Below are positions 17,062 to 26,918 of a DNA stretch of 34,575 nucleotides, piece after piece. Origin of the DNA: an uncultured Eubacteriales bacterium (lineage in GTDB: Bacteria; Bacillota; Clostridia; Oscillospirales; CAJFTT01); NCBI GenBank assembly GCA_964426175.1, contig CAYRPK010000002.1, forward strand, positions 4,560 to 39,134. The letters run 5' to 3'. A program made the position numbers and the translations under genes. Every line of letters starts with the position of its first letter. Within the stretch, counting starts at the first letter, position 1. The notes under the pieces were generated by a model. That model ran no database searches. It saw only the letters and a program-made list of their open reading frames with translations, and was not told the origin of the DNA.

Positions 17062-17967
17062 ATGACTGTACTCGAAGTGAAAAACATATCTAAAAGTATG
17101 AGTGGGCGTCAGATATTATCTGATGTCAGCTTTGCTGTACAAAGCGGAGAGATCCTTGGCTTTTTGGGCCCGAACGGTGCAGGTAAAACTACCACTATCA
17201 AAATTATTCTCGGTATGCTGTCGCCCGATAAGGGTGAAATTTTGGTCGGCGGTAAAAATATAGCAAAAAATTATGAGGAAGCCATGCGCGGTATCAGCGG
17301 AATTGTTGAGAACCCCGACCTTTACGGCTACCTTTCGGGATATAATAATTTAAAGCTTTTTGCCAATTTAAGGGGCGTTAAGGAAGAAAAGATACGTGAG
17401 GCGGCTGAATTAGTTGGACTTACCGCGCGTATCAATGATAAAGTCAGCAGTTATTCTTTAGGTATGAAGCAACGCTTGGGTGTTGCTCTGGCGGTCCTTC
17501 ATGAGCCTAAGGTCATGATACTTGATGAACCGACCAACGGCCTTGACCCTGCAGGTATAAAGGAGCTTCGTGATAACCTTAAATTCCTCGCCCATGAAAA
17601 TGGCATGAGCATAGTCGTATCAAGCCATTTACTCAGCGAAATGCAGCTTATGTGCGACAGAGTAGTTATAATTGATAATGGCAAGATAGTAGGAAGTAAA
17701 ACCTTGGCAGAAAATGGCGATGAGAGTTTGCACGACTATTCCATAGAGGTTTCGGATGTTCTTTTTGCAAAGGAGATTTTGTCACAGTTCGGGAAAGCTT
17801 CTGTTGAAGGGGGTTTTGTTCATCTACGCCTTAAAAAAAGCAATTTAAATGGAGTTTTGTCGTCGCTTATTGAGAATAACGTAAACATATATTCATGCAC
17901 ATTAAGCGGAAATGACCTTGAAACCTCCTTTATGGAAATGACGAAGGGAGGCGGAAAAATTGAGTGA
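17062..17967 (+). CDS. ABC transporter ATP-binding protein (ABC-2/exporter type)
   Basis: 301 aa with Walker A GPNGAGKTT, signature YSLGMKQRL and Walker B VMILDEPTNGLD. It starts 4 nt after the cysS stop. Confidence 0.85.
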   Translation: MTVLEVKNISKSMSGRQILSDVSFAVQSGEILGFLGPNGAGKTTTIKIILGMLSPDKGEILVGGKNIAKNYEEAMRGISGIVENPDLYGYLSGYNNLKLFANLRGVKEEKIREAAELVGLTARINDKVSSYSLGMKQRLGVALAVLHEPKVMILDEPTNGLDPAGIKELRDNLKFLAHENGMSIVVSSHLLSEMQLMCDRVVIIDNGKIVGSKTLAENGDESLHDYSIEVSDVLFAKEILSQFGKASVEGGFVHLRLKKSNLNGVLSSLIENNVNIYSCTLSGNDLETSFMEMTKGGGKIE

Positions 17968-19567
17968 TATTTTTCGTCTTATCCGTGCGGAATGGGTAAA
18001 AATACTCAGCCGCCGTATGACCGTTACTACTCTTGCGGCGCTACTCGTCGCGGCAATTTTAACATGTACCGTATTTTCAGTCACGATGGATAAATTTGAC
18101 CTTGACGCGCAGATGATTAACCTTTCAGCGGAATACAGTGAGAAGATCGCCGAAACTCAGAATGATGATAATCTGACCGATGAGCAAAAGCGCAGTAACA
18201 TTGCCAAGTACGAGGCGTATATTGACGGCATTGCAGAGATGCTTGATGAGGGATATACCCCCTACGATTGGCAAGGGCAGATTTATCTGCAAATGATATC
18301 TGTTGACGCACGGATTAAGTATATAGAATCTGACCCCGTATATTTCGGTGAAAATGCCGACCCTGAAAGAAGAGCAGGCGCAGAAGGACTTGTTCGTGTT
18401 CTTGAAGAAGAAAAGAAAACCTACCGTCTTATGATGGAAGAAAATAATTGGCGCATTGCGGTTAGATCTGAGCTTGCGGCTGCCGAAGAAAGCATTTTAA
18501 AGGCGGCTGAAAACGGGGAAGAAGATAAAGAAGCAGAGATAACAAAGGAAATCTGCGAATTACGGTTAAAATATAATATAGTGCCCTCGTATCTTTCAAA
18601 TGCCTTGACAGATGATTTTAATATCAATATCTCAGGTCAGTTTGCAGATGAAATTATTGCGGCAGTAAAGGCGATGCTCGGTACTGATTGGCATAATAAC
18701 ATCCTTGAGGATATTGAGGAACAAAAGAAGGCTCTTGCAGGCTTAAATGAAAATGAAAGCAGCGGTTTGGATGGACTTTCTTTATCGGATAGCGATGGCT
18801 TGACTCAAGAAGAAAAAACAAGAATAGAAGCAGAGATAGAAGAAAATCTACGTCGTCTCGAAAATGATATTGCTACATCAAATGATACCGTCTATGGTGC
18901 GGTATGTATGGTAATGATGGAGTTTCTGTTATCCGTTGCTGCAATTTGTACTATAGTCGCGGCAGGACGTATTATGAGTGACGAATTTATCAAGGGCACA
19001 GTTAAGTTTATGGTGCTTACTCCATATAAACGCGGCAAAATATGGCTTGCTAAATATATAACCGTGATGATGTTTGCGGCGGTTGGCATTATTTTTGCCT
19101 GCGGTATATCTCTTATCGTTTCGGGAATATATTTTGGCTTTGACGGCATAGGAAGCACTGTATTGGCAGATTACGGTAACGGAGCTCTTCCTTTTGCTCT
19201 CAATTTACTCCTAAACTTTTTTGTAAGTGCCTTGCCTCTTGTCATGACGGTAACATTAGCATATATGCTGTCTTGCTTGACAAGGAGCAGTGCGGCATCT
19301 ATCGGTATTACCCTTGCTTATTTCTTTGGCAGTACCGTTGCTATAACCTTTATTTCAAATTTAAACCCCGACCTTTATGCGAAAGCATGGTTATATAATG
19401 AAATGTCGGTTAATGTGCGTAATATTATTTCTCCCGATAGCTTTGTTTTTGCAAATTCAGACCTTGTGATAACTCAGATGCACAGTGCTGTTACTGTTGC
19501 TGTATTTTTTGTGTTGATGAACGCGATTTCTTATATTTCCTTTGTCAAAAGGGATGTGAAACTGTAA
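17960..19567 (+). CDS. ABC-2 family permease with a large extracytoplasmic helical domain between TM1 and TM2
   Basis: 535 aa. TM1 is at about residues 20-42. A charged, helix-prone segment of about 280 aa follows, then about 5 TM helices. It has the ABC-2-like motif SDEFIKGTVKFMVLTPYKRGKI. The start is TTG after GGAGG, overlapping the ATPase gene by 8 nt. Confidence 0.75.
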   Translation: MSDIFRLIRAEWVKILSRRMTVTTLAALLVAAILTCTVFSVTMDKFDLDAQMINLSAEYSEKIAETQNDDNLTDEQKRSNIAKYEAYIDGIAEMLDEGYTPYDWQGQIYLQMISVDARIKYIESDPVYFGENADPERRAGAEGLVRVLEEEKKTYRLMMEENNWRIAVRSELAAAEESILKAAENGEEDKEAEITKEICELRLKYNIVPSYLSNALTDDFNINISGQFADEIIAAVKAMLGTDWHNNILEDIEEQKKALAGLNENESSGLDGLSLSDSDGLTQEEKTRIEAEIEENLRRLENDIATSNDTVYGAVCMVMMEFLLSVAAICTIVAAGRIMSDEFIKGTVKFMVLTPYKRGKIWLAKYITVMMFAAVGIIFACGISLIVSGIYFGFDGIGSTVLADYGNGALPFALNLLLNFFVSALPLVMTVTLAYMLSCLTRSSAASIGITLAYFFGSTVAITFISNLNPDLYAKAWLYNEMSVNVRNIISPDSFVFANSDLVITQMHSAVTVAVFFVLMNAISYISFVKRDVKL

Positions 19568-19638
19568 AATATTACTAAAAAATTGTCTGAAATTCATTCA
19601 AAATCTGCATATTATTATGTCGAAAATGACGAAAAAGC

Positions 19639-19672
19639 AGCGAACCACAATATCTTGTGGTTCGCTATTTTT
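19639..19672 (+). terminator. Rho-independent terminator after the ABC-2 permease
   Basis: AGCGAACCACAA-tatc-TTGTGGTTCGCT forms a perfect 12-bp stem followed by ATTTTT. Confidence 0.85.
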
Positions 19673-19720
19673 GTATACACAATTTTTAAAAAATAATTAT
19701 GTAAACATTAAAAAAACCTA

Positions 19721-19749
19721 TTGATTTTTCCCTAAAATGGCAGTATAAT
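19721..19749 (+). promoter_or_regulatory. Sigma-A-type dcw (Pmra-like) promoter
   Basis: TTGATT (19721-19726), a 17-nt spacer, then TATAAT (19744-19749). Confidence 0.65.
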
Positions 19750-19756
19750 CTTTGTA

Positions 19757-19793
19757 AAGTGGTATAAAAATGGTGCTAAGTGGAAGTAAATGG
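19757..19793 (+). promoter_or_regulatory. MraZ-type operator: four direct AA(G/A)TGG repeats at about 10-bp period
   Basis: AAGTGG at 19757, AAATGG at 19768, AAGTGG at 19778 and AAATGG at 19788. They lie between the -10 box and the mraZ SD sequence. Confidence 0.65.
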
Positions 19794-19817
19794 CATGATT
19801 AACGGAGGTGAAGGTCT

Positions 19818-20240
19818 TTGCTCTTAGGAACATTTGAAGCAAAAATGGACGCAAAAGGCAGGACTTTCGTACCTACAAAAATGCGAAAAGACTTAGGCAT
19901 TACCTTTTATGTAACAAAATGGCTTGATGATTGCCTTGCAATATATACCTTGGAAAAATGGAATCAGGTTTCTGCGGTACTAAATGCTCAGCCAATGGCA
20001 AAATCGCGTGAAACCAGAAGGTTTTTCTTTTCTTCTGCCGCCGAAATTGAAATTGATAAACAGGGTCGTATGCTCATACCCCAAATCCTCCGCGATTATG
20101 CAGGACTGACAGGTGATGTCGTGATTATCGGCGCAGGTGATTGGGCGGAAATATGGAGTGCTGAACGTTGGAAAGCCCATAACGAAAACGAGGAAATTAA
20201 CGCAAGGGTTGAGCTTGCTATGGAAGAATTAGGAATTTAA
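19818..20240 (+). CDS. mraZ: Transcriptional regulator MraZ
   Basis: 140 aa with two SpoVT/AbrB-like halves ([16 protein letters not shown] and [18 protein letters not shown]). The start is TTG after GGAGGTGAAGG. Confidence 0.92.
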   Translation: MLLGTFEAKMDAKGRTFVPTKMRKDLGITFYVTKWLDDCLAIYTLEKWNQVSAVLNAQPMAKSRETRRFFFSSAAEIEIDKQGRMLIPQILRDYAGLTGDVVIIGAGDWAEIWSAERWKAHNENEEINARVELAMEELGI

Positions 20241-20242
20241 AA

Positions 20243-21178
20243 ATGGAATTTTCTCATAAGTCTGTTTTACTGGATGAATGTCTTACGGGACTTGATATCA
20301 AGCCGGACGGGATATATATAGACGGCACTGCCGGAGGCGGCGGTCACTCATATGAAATTGCAGCGAGGCTTACATCAGGAGGTAAGCTTTATGCATTGGA
20401 TAGAGATAAGGAAGCCGTTGAGGCGGCAACAGAAAGACTTAAGCCTTTTTCTGACAGGGCAACGGTTATTAATGCAAATTTTTCTGAAATTACAAGTGTT
20501 GTAAAGGATTTAAACTTACCACACCTTGACGGAATACTTATGGATATCGGAGTATCCTCGTATCAGCTTGACAATCCCGACAGAGGATTTTCGTATAACC
20601 ACGATGCACCTCTTGATATGCGAATGTCACGGGAGCAGGAAACGAGTGCCGCGACGGTGGTTAATGAATATACGGAATTTGACCTTGCCGATATTATATG
20701 GAAATACGGCGAAGAGCGTTGGGCAAAAAGGATAGCGCAGTTTATCGTTGAAGAACGAAGTATTAAGCCGATAGAAACCACCTTTGAGTTAAATGAAATT
20801 ATAAAAAAGGCGGTTCCTGCAGGTGCAAGACGTGACGGGCCTCACCCGTCAAAGAGAACCTTTCAAGCGATAAGAATAGCCGTAAACAATGAATTAGGTG
20901 AACTTGAAACTGCATTAAATGACGGAATTGACCTGTTATCGAAGGGTGGAAGATTCGCAGTAATAACCTTTCACTCTTTAGAAGACAGAATAGTAAAAAA
21001 TATATTCGCAGAGAGGGTAAAGGGCTGTATTTGCCCACCCGAAATGCCGGTTTGTGTATGCGGAAAAAAGCCTGAATTAAAGCTGGTTAACCGCAAACCG
21101 ATAGTAGCAAGTAAAGAAGAACTTGAGGATAATCCGCGAAGCAGAAGTGCTAAGCTGAGAGTAGCAGAAAAAATATGA
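20243..21178 (+). CDS. rsmH: 16S rRNA (cytosine1402-N4)-methyltransferase RsmH
   Basis: 311 aa with [40 protein letters not shown] and [10 protein letters not shown]. Confidence 0.95.
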   Translation: MEFSHKSVLLDECLTGLDIKPDGIYIDGTAGGGGHSYEIAARLTSGGKLYALDRDKEAVEAATERLKPFSDRATVINANFSEITSVVKDLNLPHLDGILMDIGVSSYQLDNPDRGFSYNHDAPLDMRMSREQETSAATVVNEYTEFDLADIIWKYGEERWAKRIAQFIVEERSIKPIETTFELNEIIKKAVPAGARRDGPHPSKRTFQAIRIAVNNELGELETALNDGIDLLSKGGRFAVITFHSLEDRIVKNIFAERVKGCICPPEMPVCVCGKKPELKLVNRKPIVASKEELEDNPRSRSAKLRVAEKI

Positions 21179-21195
21179 AAAGGAAGTGATAAAGC

Positions 21196-21684
21196 ATGCC
21201 TCCTATGGAAGCCGATAATTTAGCATATGACCTTTCTCTTTTTGAAGAAAGAAAAAAGAAATCCGAACCAAAAGCGAAAGAGAATGAAGAAAAAGTATCA
21301 AAAGCAGTCAGACGCGGAAATACAGTTCTTGCATTAAAAATTGTGTCTGCAGTACTGCTTGTAGGCTTCACGGTAGGGCTTATGCTTTATTACAACGCAC
21401 AATTATATGAGCTTAACGATACCATTAGCGGACTTAACGAAACGCTTATTGCCGCACAGGCTGAGGAGGTAAGATTAAATGTCTCGTTGGACCAGAAAGT
21501 CAGTATGGAAAATATCGAAGAGTACATCACAGAAGATCTCGGAATGGTTAAGCAGGAAAAATACCAGATGCATTATATCAACCTGTCGGAGGGCGACAAA
21601 ATCGTGGTAGCAGAAGAGGAAGGTTCTCGCGTTTGGTCCGAAGTAAAGGAATTTTTTGATGATATAAAGGAATACTTTGCATAA
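21196..21684 (+). CDS. ftsL: FtsL-like bitopic cell-division protein
   Basis: 162 aa. It has a charged N-terminus, a single TM (LALKIVSAVLLVGFTVGLMLYY) and then a coiled-coil-prone segment. It sits in the canonical position after rsmH. Confidence 0.7.
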   Translation: MPPMEADNLAYDLSLFEERKKKSEPKAKENEEKVSKAVRRGNTVLALKIVSAVLLVGFTVGLMLYYNAQLYELNDTISGLNETLIAAQAEEVRLNVSLDQKVSMENIEEYITEDLGMVKQEKYQMHYINLSEGDKIVVAEEEGSRVWSEVKEFFDDIKEYFA

Positions 21685-21706
21685 CCGTCTTATAAGTATA
21701 TAAAAA

Positions 21707-21746
21707 GAGAGAGGAGAGGGAGGGAAGCTTTCTTCTCTCGTTTTTA
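21707..21746 (+). terminator. Terminator-like hairpin between ftsL and the PBP gene
   Basis: GAGAGAGGAGAG (21707-21718) pairs with CUUUCUUCUCUC (21728-21739) over 12 bp, including 2 G-U pairs, with a 9-nt loop. It is followed by GTTTTTA and preceded by A5. Confidence 0.5.
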
Positions 21747-21787
21747 TCTTACGGTAGTTAAACTGAAAAGAAAGGAATGGCAGCACA

Positions 21788-24037
21788 ATGCAGAAAAACA
21801 CGGCTTCTACTCCCCAAAGTAAACATGCATCAACGCGAGGTATGCGAATAAAAGCCATAATAGTTTTGGTGTTTATATTGGGTGTAGGTTTCCTTGGCGT
21901 TGATATAAGACTAGCTTTTCTGCAACTGGTTAACGGCGAATTTTACGAGGAAAAGGCCGTTGAGCAACAGCTTTGGGATACGCCTATTTATGCACAGCGC
22001 GGCGCTATATACGACAGAAACATGAAGGTGCTGGCACAGAGTGCTTCCGCATACACTGTATTCCTTTCACCCAAATATATAGATGGTGAGGAACAGAGAG
22101 TAGTAATTGCAGAGGGACTGTCAAAGATCCTCGACATGGACTATGATAAAATTTACGAATTAACGGGAAAAAGCAACAGTCAGTATGAGCTTGTAAAGCG
22201 CAGAATAGAGGAAGAGGATGCTGAACAAATACGTGAGCTTATAAAGGAGTATAAGCTTAACAGTGTTGCTCTTGCCGACGATAATAAGAGATACTACCCC
22301 TACGGAACGCTTGCTTCGCAGGTGCTTGGCTTTACGGGAACGGATAATCAGGGACTTTACGGACTTGAAAAATATTATGATGAGGAGCTTTCTGGTATAG
22401 ATGGAAGAGCTATTGCAGCAAAAAATGCCGTGGGCGAAGAAATGCCATTTTCTTACGAAACCTATATTGATGCGCAGAACGGCAACAGTCTTGTTCTGAC
22501 TATTGACGAGGTTGTTCAGCACTTCCTTGAAAAAAATCTTGAAGAAATCTATAAAAATTTTGATGTACAAGAAAGCACCACGGGAATAATAATGGATGTC
22601 AACACAGGAGAAATACTTGCTATGGCGTCATATCCCAGTTTTGATCCTAATTCACCTTATGAACTGCTCAGCGAAATAGCGATAGAAAACATCTCTCAAT
22701 ATGAAGAGGGAACCGAAGAGTATTCCGCAACTCTTAAAGAAGAGCGACAAACTATGTGGCGAAATAAAGCCCTGAGCGACTTATATGAGCCGGGTTCGAC
22801 CTTTAAAACACTGGTTGCGGCAATGGTGCTTGAGGAAGATGTTGCAACTGTAAATTCCACTTTTACCTGCAACGGATATTTAAGAATAGCTACAGAGACC
22901 ATTCATTGCTTTAAACGTGAGGGACACGGACACGAAACCTTTACTGAAGGCCTGGTTAATTCATGTAACCCTGTATTTATGACGGTTGCAGCAAGCTTAG
23001 GTTCAGACAGATTTTATAAGTATTATGAGGCTTTTGGACTTACGGAAAAAACGGGTATTGATTTGCCCGGTGAAGTAGGAAGTATATATCACACCAAGGA
23101 AGGTTTGGGCGAAGTTCAGCTTGCAGTTTCTTCCTTCGGACAGACGCATAAAGTAACGCCTATTCAGATGATAACTGCACTTGCCGCTGCGACAAACGGC
23201 GGATATCTTGTTGAGCCCCATATAGTAAAACAGATAGTCGACAGTGACGGTAACATTGTTGAAGATAATTCAACTGTGGTAAAACGTCAGGTAGTATCAG
23301 AGGAAACAAGTGAAACGCTATGCGAAATGCTTGAAGCGGTAGTTCAGAAAGGCTCGGCTAAAAATGCATCTGTGATGGGCTATACTATAGGTGGAAAAAC
23401 AGGAACAAGTGAAAAGACCGACGATAAAAATGATGCCGGTGAGATAGATAAGGTAGTAGCGTCTATGTTTGCGGTTGCTCCTGCCGATGATCCTCAGGTG
23501 GCCATACTCTTGCTTGCTGATGACCCTGCGGCTACAATGCACAGCGGCGGTACGGTGTGCGGTTCAGCGATATCCAATATACTTACTGAAATATTACCTT
23601 ATCTTGGAGTTGAGCCGTCATTTACCGATGATGAGCTAGAACAGCTCGATGTCAGCACGCCTAATATTACGGGTATCAGTCTTGAAAAGGCTAAAGAGGA
23701 TATATCTAACAGGTATTTGGAAATTGAAGTTCGCGGTGACGGAGATACCGTTATAGCACAGGTTCCAGAGGGTGGAGTATCAATACCCCACGGCGGTACA
23801 GTTATTGTGTATACCGGTGGAGAGGAGATCGCAAAGACTACTGTTCCTAAGGTAACAGGACTTACGCCTTCTCAGGCAACACAGGTTTTAAAAAATGCAG
23901 GCTTTAATGTTAGATATAACGGAACCTCGGGTGACGGCACGCTAAAGGTATACGAGCAATCTATTCCCGAGGGCACAAAGGCAGAGGAAGGAAGCGTTAT
24001 AACGGTATATGCACGCGTTGAAGCCAGCAGTGAATAA
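21788..24037 (+). CDS. Class B penicillin-binding transpeptidase (FtsI/PBP2B/SpoVD type) with two C-terminal PASTA domains
   Basis: 749 aa with an N-terminal TM and the SxxK (STFK), SxN (SCN) and KTG (GGKTGTSE) motifs. Two PASTA-like repeats are present (ITGISLEKAKEDI and VTGLTPSQATQVLKNAGF). Confidence 0.92.
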   Translation: MQKNTASTPQSKHASTRGMRIKAIIVLVFILGVGFLGVDIRLAFLQLVNGEFYEEKAVEQQLWDTPIYAQRGAIYDRNMKVLAQSASAYTVFLSPKYIDGEEQRVVIAEGLSKILDMDYDKIYELTGKSNSQYELVKRRIEEEDAEQIRELIKEYKLNSVALADDNKRYYPYGTLASQVLGFTGTDNQGLYGLEKYYDEELSGIDGRAIAAKNAVGEEMPFSYETYIDAQNGNSLVLTIDEVVQHFLEKNLEEIYKNFDVQESTTGIIMDVNTGEILAMASYPSFDPNSPYELLSEIAIENISQYEEGTEEYSATLKEERQTMWRNKALSDLYEPGSTFKTLVAAMVLEEDVATVNSTFTCNGYLRIATETIHCFKREGHGHETFTEGLVNSCNPVFMTVAASLGSDRFYKYYEAFGLTEKTGIDLPGEVGSIYHTKEGLGEVQLAVSSFGQTHKVTPIQMITALAAATNGGYLVEPHIVKQIVDSDGNIVEDNSTVVKRQVVSEETSETLCEMLEAVVQKGSAKNASVMGYTIGGKTGTSEKTDDKNDAGEIDKVVASMFAVAPADDPQVAILLLADDPAATMHSGGTVCGSAISNILTEILPYLGVEPSFTDDELEQLDVSTPNITGISLEKAKEDISNRYLEIEVRGDGDTVIAQVPEGGVSIPHGGTVIVYTGGEEIAKTTVPKVTGLTPSQATQVLKNAGFNVRYNGTSGDGTLKVYEQSIPEGTKAEEGSVITVYARVEASSE

Positions 24038-24066
24038 GATTTTGCAACACGAAGGAGAGTGACAAC

Positions 24067-25515
24067 ATGAAATTAAGCGAAATATTAACGGGTATTTCAG
24101 ATTTTACATGTGATATGCCCTATGAAGATATTGAAGTAAAAGGCATAGAAAATAATTCCTCACGTATTAATCAGGGCGATGTATTTATTTCCCTTGAGGG
24201 ACGCAGTAACTGCGATTACAGTGCATATGCTGCAGATGCGAAAAACAGAGGTGCGGTTGCTGTCATTACACAAACTCCGCGAAATAGCGGTCTGCCTGAA
24301 ATAATAGTTGAAAATGCGAGTAAAGCATATGCTTTAGCATCTGCAAATTTATTTGGTAATCCTGCACGCAAATTAAAGCTTATCGGTGTAACAGGTACAA
24401 ACGGAAAAACCTCTACCACTACTTTACTGCGTCATATTCTTGAAATGTGCGGCAAAAAGACTGCGCTTATAGGCACTATTGAAACACTTATCGGCAATGA
24501 AAAAATTGAAACGGGCTTTACGACCCCTGAACCTACACAGCTTCATAGACTTTTTAAACGAATGGCGGAAGAAAATGTTGAATATGTAATAATGGAATGT
24601 TCTTCTCAGGCGCTCGTTCAAAACAGGCTTTACGGACTGACCTTTCTGGCTGCAGCCTTTACCAATTTGACTCAGGATCACCTTGACTATCACGGTTCTA
24701 TGAAAGCCTACCGAGAAGCGAAATGTATGCTCTTTTCACAAAGTGAAAAGGCTGTTATCAATGCAGATGATGAAGCCGCGCCATATTTTTTAAAGGCGGC
24801 GCAAAATATACCCGTATACTTTTACGGCATAGAAGAGAAAAATTCAAAATATCTGGCAGAAAATATTGAATACCTTGACAGCGGTGTAAGATATACGCTT
24901 GATGGAAATGAAGTAACTCTACCCGTGCCCGGCAGATTTGCGGTATATAATTCACTTACAGCTATTGCATTGGCAAATTGCGTCGGAATAGACGAAAAGA
25001 CGGCTTGTGAGTGTCTTGCTCAGGCAATGCCTGTTAAAGGCAGAGCGGAAATCGCATACAAGGATGATGAAATTACTGTAATTATAGATTATGCCCATAC
25101 GCCTGATGCAATTGCAAATATTCTAAAAGCTATTGAAGTTAAAAACGGCAGAAAGGTCGTGCTTTTCGGTTGCGGCGGTGATAGGGACAGCACCAAACGT
25201 CCGCTGATGGGAAGCGTTGCCGCGAGATATGCGGATTTAATTATAGTAACCTCAGATAATCCCAGAAGCGAAGACCCCGAGAGAATTATAGACGATATTA
25301 TGCTGGGACTGCGCGAGGTGGAAATTCCCATAGAGCGTATAACGGACCGGATCCAAGCCATTAAATATGCGATTAAAGAGGCGCAAAAAGGTGATGTGAT
25401 ATTCCTTTTGGGAAAAGGTCATGAGGATTATCAGATACTCAGCACGGGAAAAATTCACCTTGATGAGCGTGAAATAGTGGCACAAGCCGTAAAAGAAAGG
25501 CAGAGCAATGATTGA
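24067..25515 (+). CDS. murE: UDP-N-acetylmuramoyl-L-alanyl-D-glutamate--2,6-diaminopimelate ligase
   Basis: 482 aa with the P-loop GVTGTNGKTST and the DNPR motif (TSDNPRSEDP), which is associated with meso-DAP specificity. Confidence 0.9.
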   Translation: MKLSEILTGISDFTCDMPYEDIEVKGIENNSSRINQGDVFISLEGRSNCDYSAYAADAKNRGAVAVITQTPRNSGLPEIIVENASKAYALASANLFGNPARKLKLIGVTGTNGKTSTTTLLRHILEMCGKKTALIGTIETLIGNEKIETGFTTPEPTQLHRLFKRMAEENVEYVIMECSSQALVQNRLYGLTFLAAAFTNLTQDHLDYHGSMKAYREAKCMLFSQSEKAVINADDEAAPYFLKAAQNIPVYFYGIEEKNSKYLAENIEYLDSGVRYTLDGNEVTLPVPGRFAVYNSLTAIALANCVGIDEKTACECLAQAMPVKGRAEIAYKDDEITVIIDYAHTPDAIANILKAIEVKNGRKVVLFGCGGDRDSTKRPLMGSVAARYADLIIVTSDNPRSEDPERIIDDIMLGLREVEIPIERITDRIQAIKYAIKEAQKGDVIFLLGKGHEDYQILSTGKIHLDEREIVAQAVKERQSND

Positions 25516-26863
25516 TTTAATGCTAAGTGATATAGCCGAAGCCTGTAAAGGTCAGCTTTGTGGGCGAAATATCTCCGTGGGAGATATATGTACAGATACA
25601 CGGAAAATCACAGAGGGAAGTGCTTTTCTTGCGATAAAAGGAGAACGCTTTGACGGGCACGATTTTGTTAGTAAGGCAGTTGAAGACGGTGCCGCTGCGG
25701 TAATAGTATCAAGCCTTAAGGATGGACTCAAGGTTCCGCAGGTATTGGTACAGGATACAAGAAAGGCTTATATGGATATTGCAGGCGAATACCGTCGCAG
25801 ATTTAATATTCCCGTAATAGGCATTACGGGCAGTGTAGGCAAGACTACCACCCGAGAAATGACGGCTGCGGCGTTGTCAAGCCGTTTAAAGGTACACAAG
25901 AACGAAGGAAATTTTAATAATGATATCGGTCTTCCTGCGGCACTTCTTACTCTTCGTGACGGCTTTGATATCGGTGTGTACGAGATGGGTATGAATCATC
26001 TGGGTGAAATATCATCTCTTTCAAAAATGGTTGCACCCACGGCAGGTATGATTTCAAATGTAGGAATCTCACATATTGAAAATTTAGGTTCACGGGAAAA
26101 TATACTTAAAGCAAAGCTTGAAATTCTTGATGGCATGCAAAATGGCGCACCGCTTATTGTCAATATAGATAACGACATGCTAAAGACCGTGAAGTACGAA
26201 AATTTAATAACCTGCGGCTTTGATGAAAATGCCGATTACCGTGCGCTTTCGTGCAATACAACCGAAGATGGTATGACGGTAAAAATAAAAACTCCAAATG
26301 ATGAATTTGACTTTTTTCTTCCGGTTATCGGCTCACATTTTGTATCAAATGCGCTTGAGGCTATTGCCGTTGCAGAAGCGGTGGAAATTTCGGCGCGTGA
26401 CGCGGCGAAGGGACTTGAAAATTATAAAACCGTTGGAATGAGACAAAATATTCGCCGCATGGGAAAAGTTACAATAATTGAGGATTGCTATAATGCAAGT
26501 CCCGATTCTATGCGCGCAGGTCTTGATGCCCTTAGACTTATCGCTACTAAAGACAGGAAAATCGCTGTTTTGGGCGATATGCTTGAACTTGGTGATATGA
26601 GCGATAAGGCTCACGCAGAGGTAGGTGCTACGGCGGCGGAAATGGGTGTCGATATTCTTTTTTGCTTTGGAGAAAGGTCATCTTTGATGGCAAAGGCGGC
26701 AAAGGAAACAGGAAAAATCAAATCGGTATATCACTTCGACAAAAAACCACAGCTTTCAAAAAAACTCTGTGATATAATATCCGACGGCGATACGGTTTTG
26801 TTTAAAGCGAGCCGCGGAATGAGGCTTGAGGAAATAATACAAGAGCTGCCATTTGGTGAGTAA
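25508..26863 (+). CDS. murF: UDP-N-acetylmuramoyl-tripeptide--D-alanyl-D-alanine ligase
   Basis: 451 aa with the P-loop GITGSVGKTTT, EMGMNHLGEI and DCYNASPDSM. It overlaps murE by 8 nt. Confidence 0.92.
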   Translation: MIDLMLSDIAEACKGQLCGRNISVGDICTDTRKITEGSAFLAIKGERFDGHDFVSKAVEDGAAAVIVSSLKDGLKVPQVLVQDTRKAYMDIAGEYRRRFNIPVIGITGSVGKTTTREMTAAALSSRLKVHKNEGNFNNDIGLPAALLTLRDGFDIGVYEMGMNHLGEISSLSKMVAPTAGMISNVGISHIENLGSRENILKAKLEILDGMQNGAPLIVNIDNDMLKTVKYENLITCGFDENADYRALSCNTTEDGMTVKIKTPNDEFDFFLPVIGSHFVSNALEAIAVAEAVEISARDAAKGLENYKTVGMRQNIRRMGKVTIIEDCYNASPDSMRAGLDALRLIATKDRKIAVLGDMLELGDMSDKAHAEVGATAAEMGVDILFCFGERSSLMAKAAKETGKIKSVYHFDKKPQLSKKLCDIISDGDTVLFKASRGMRLEEIIQELPFGE

Positions 26864-26918
26864 TGGTTATAACAAATTCGACTAAGGTGGCAGATGTAAA
26901 GGAAGTGTATCTGAAAAA

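Noticed and set aside
21475-21858. 127-aa minus-strand ORF spanning the ftsL-PBP junction
   Set aside because: It overlaps two well-supported plus-strand genes and the hairpin between them. It has no motifs.
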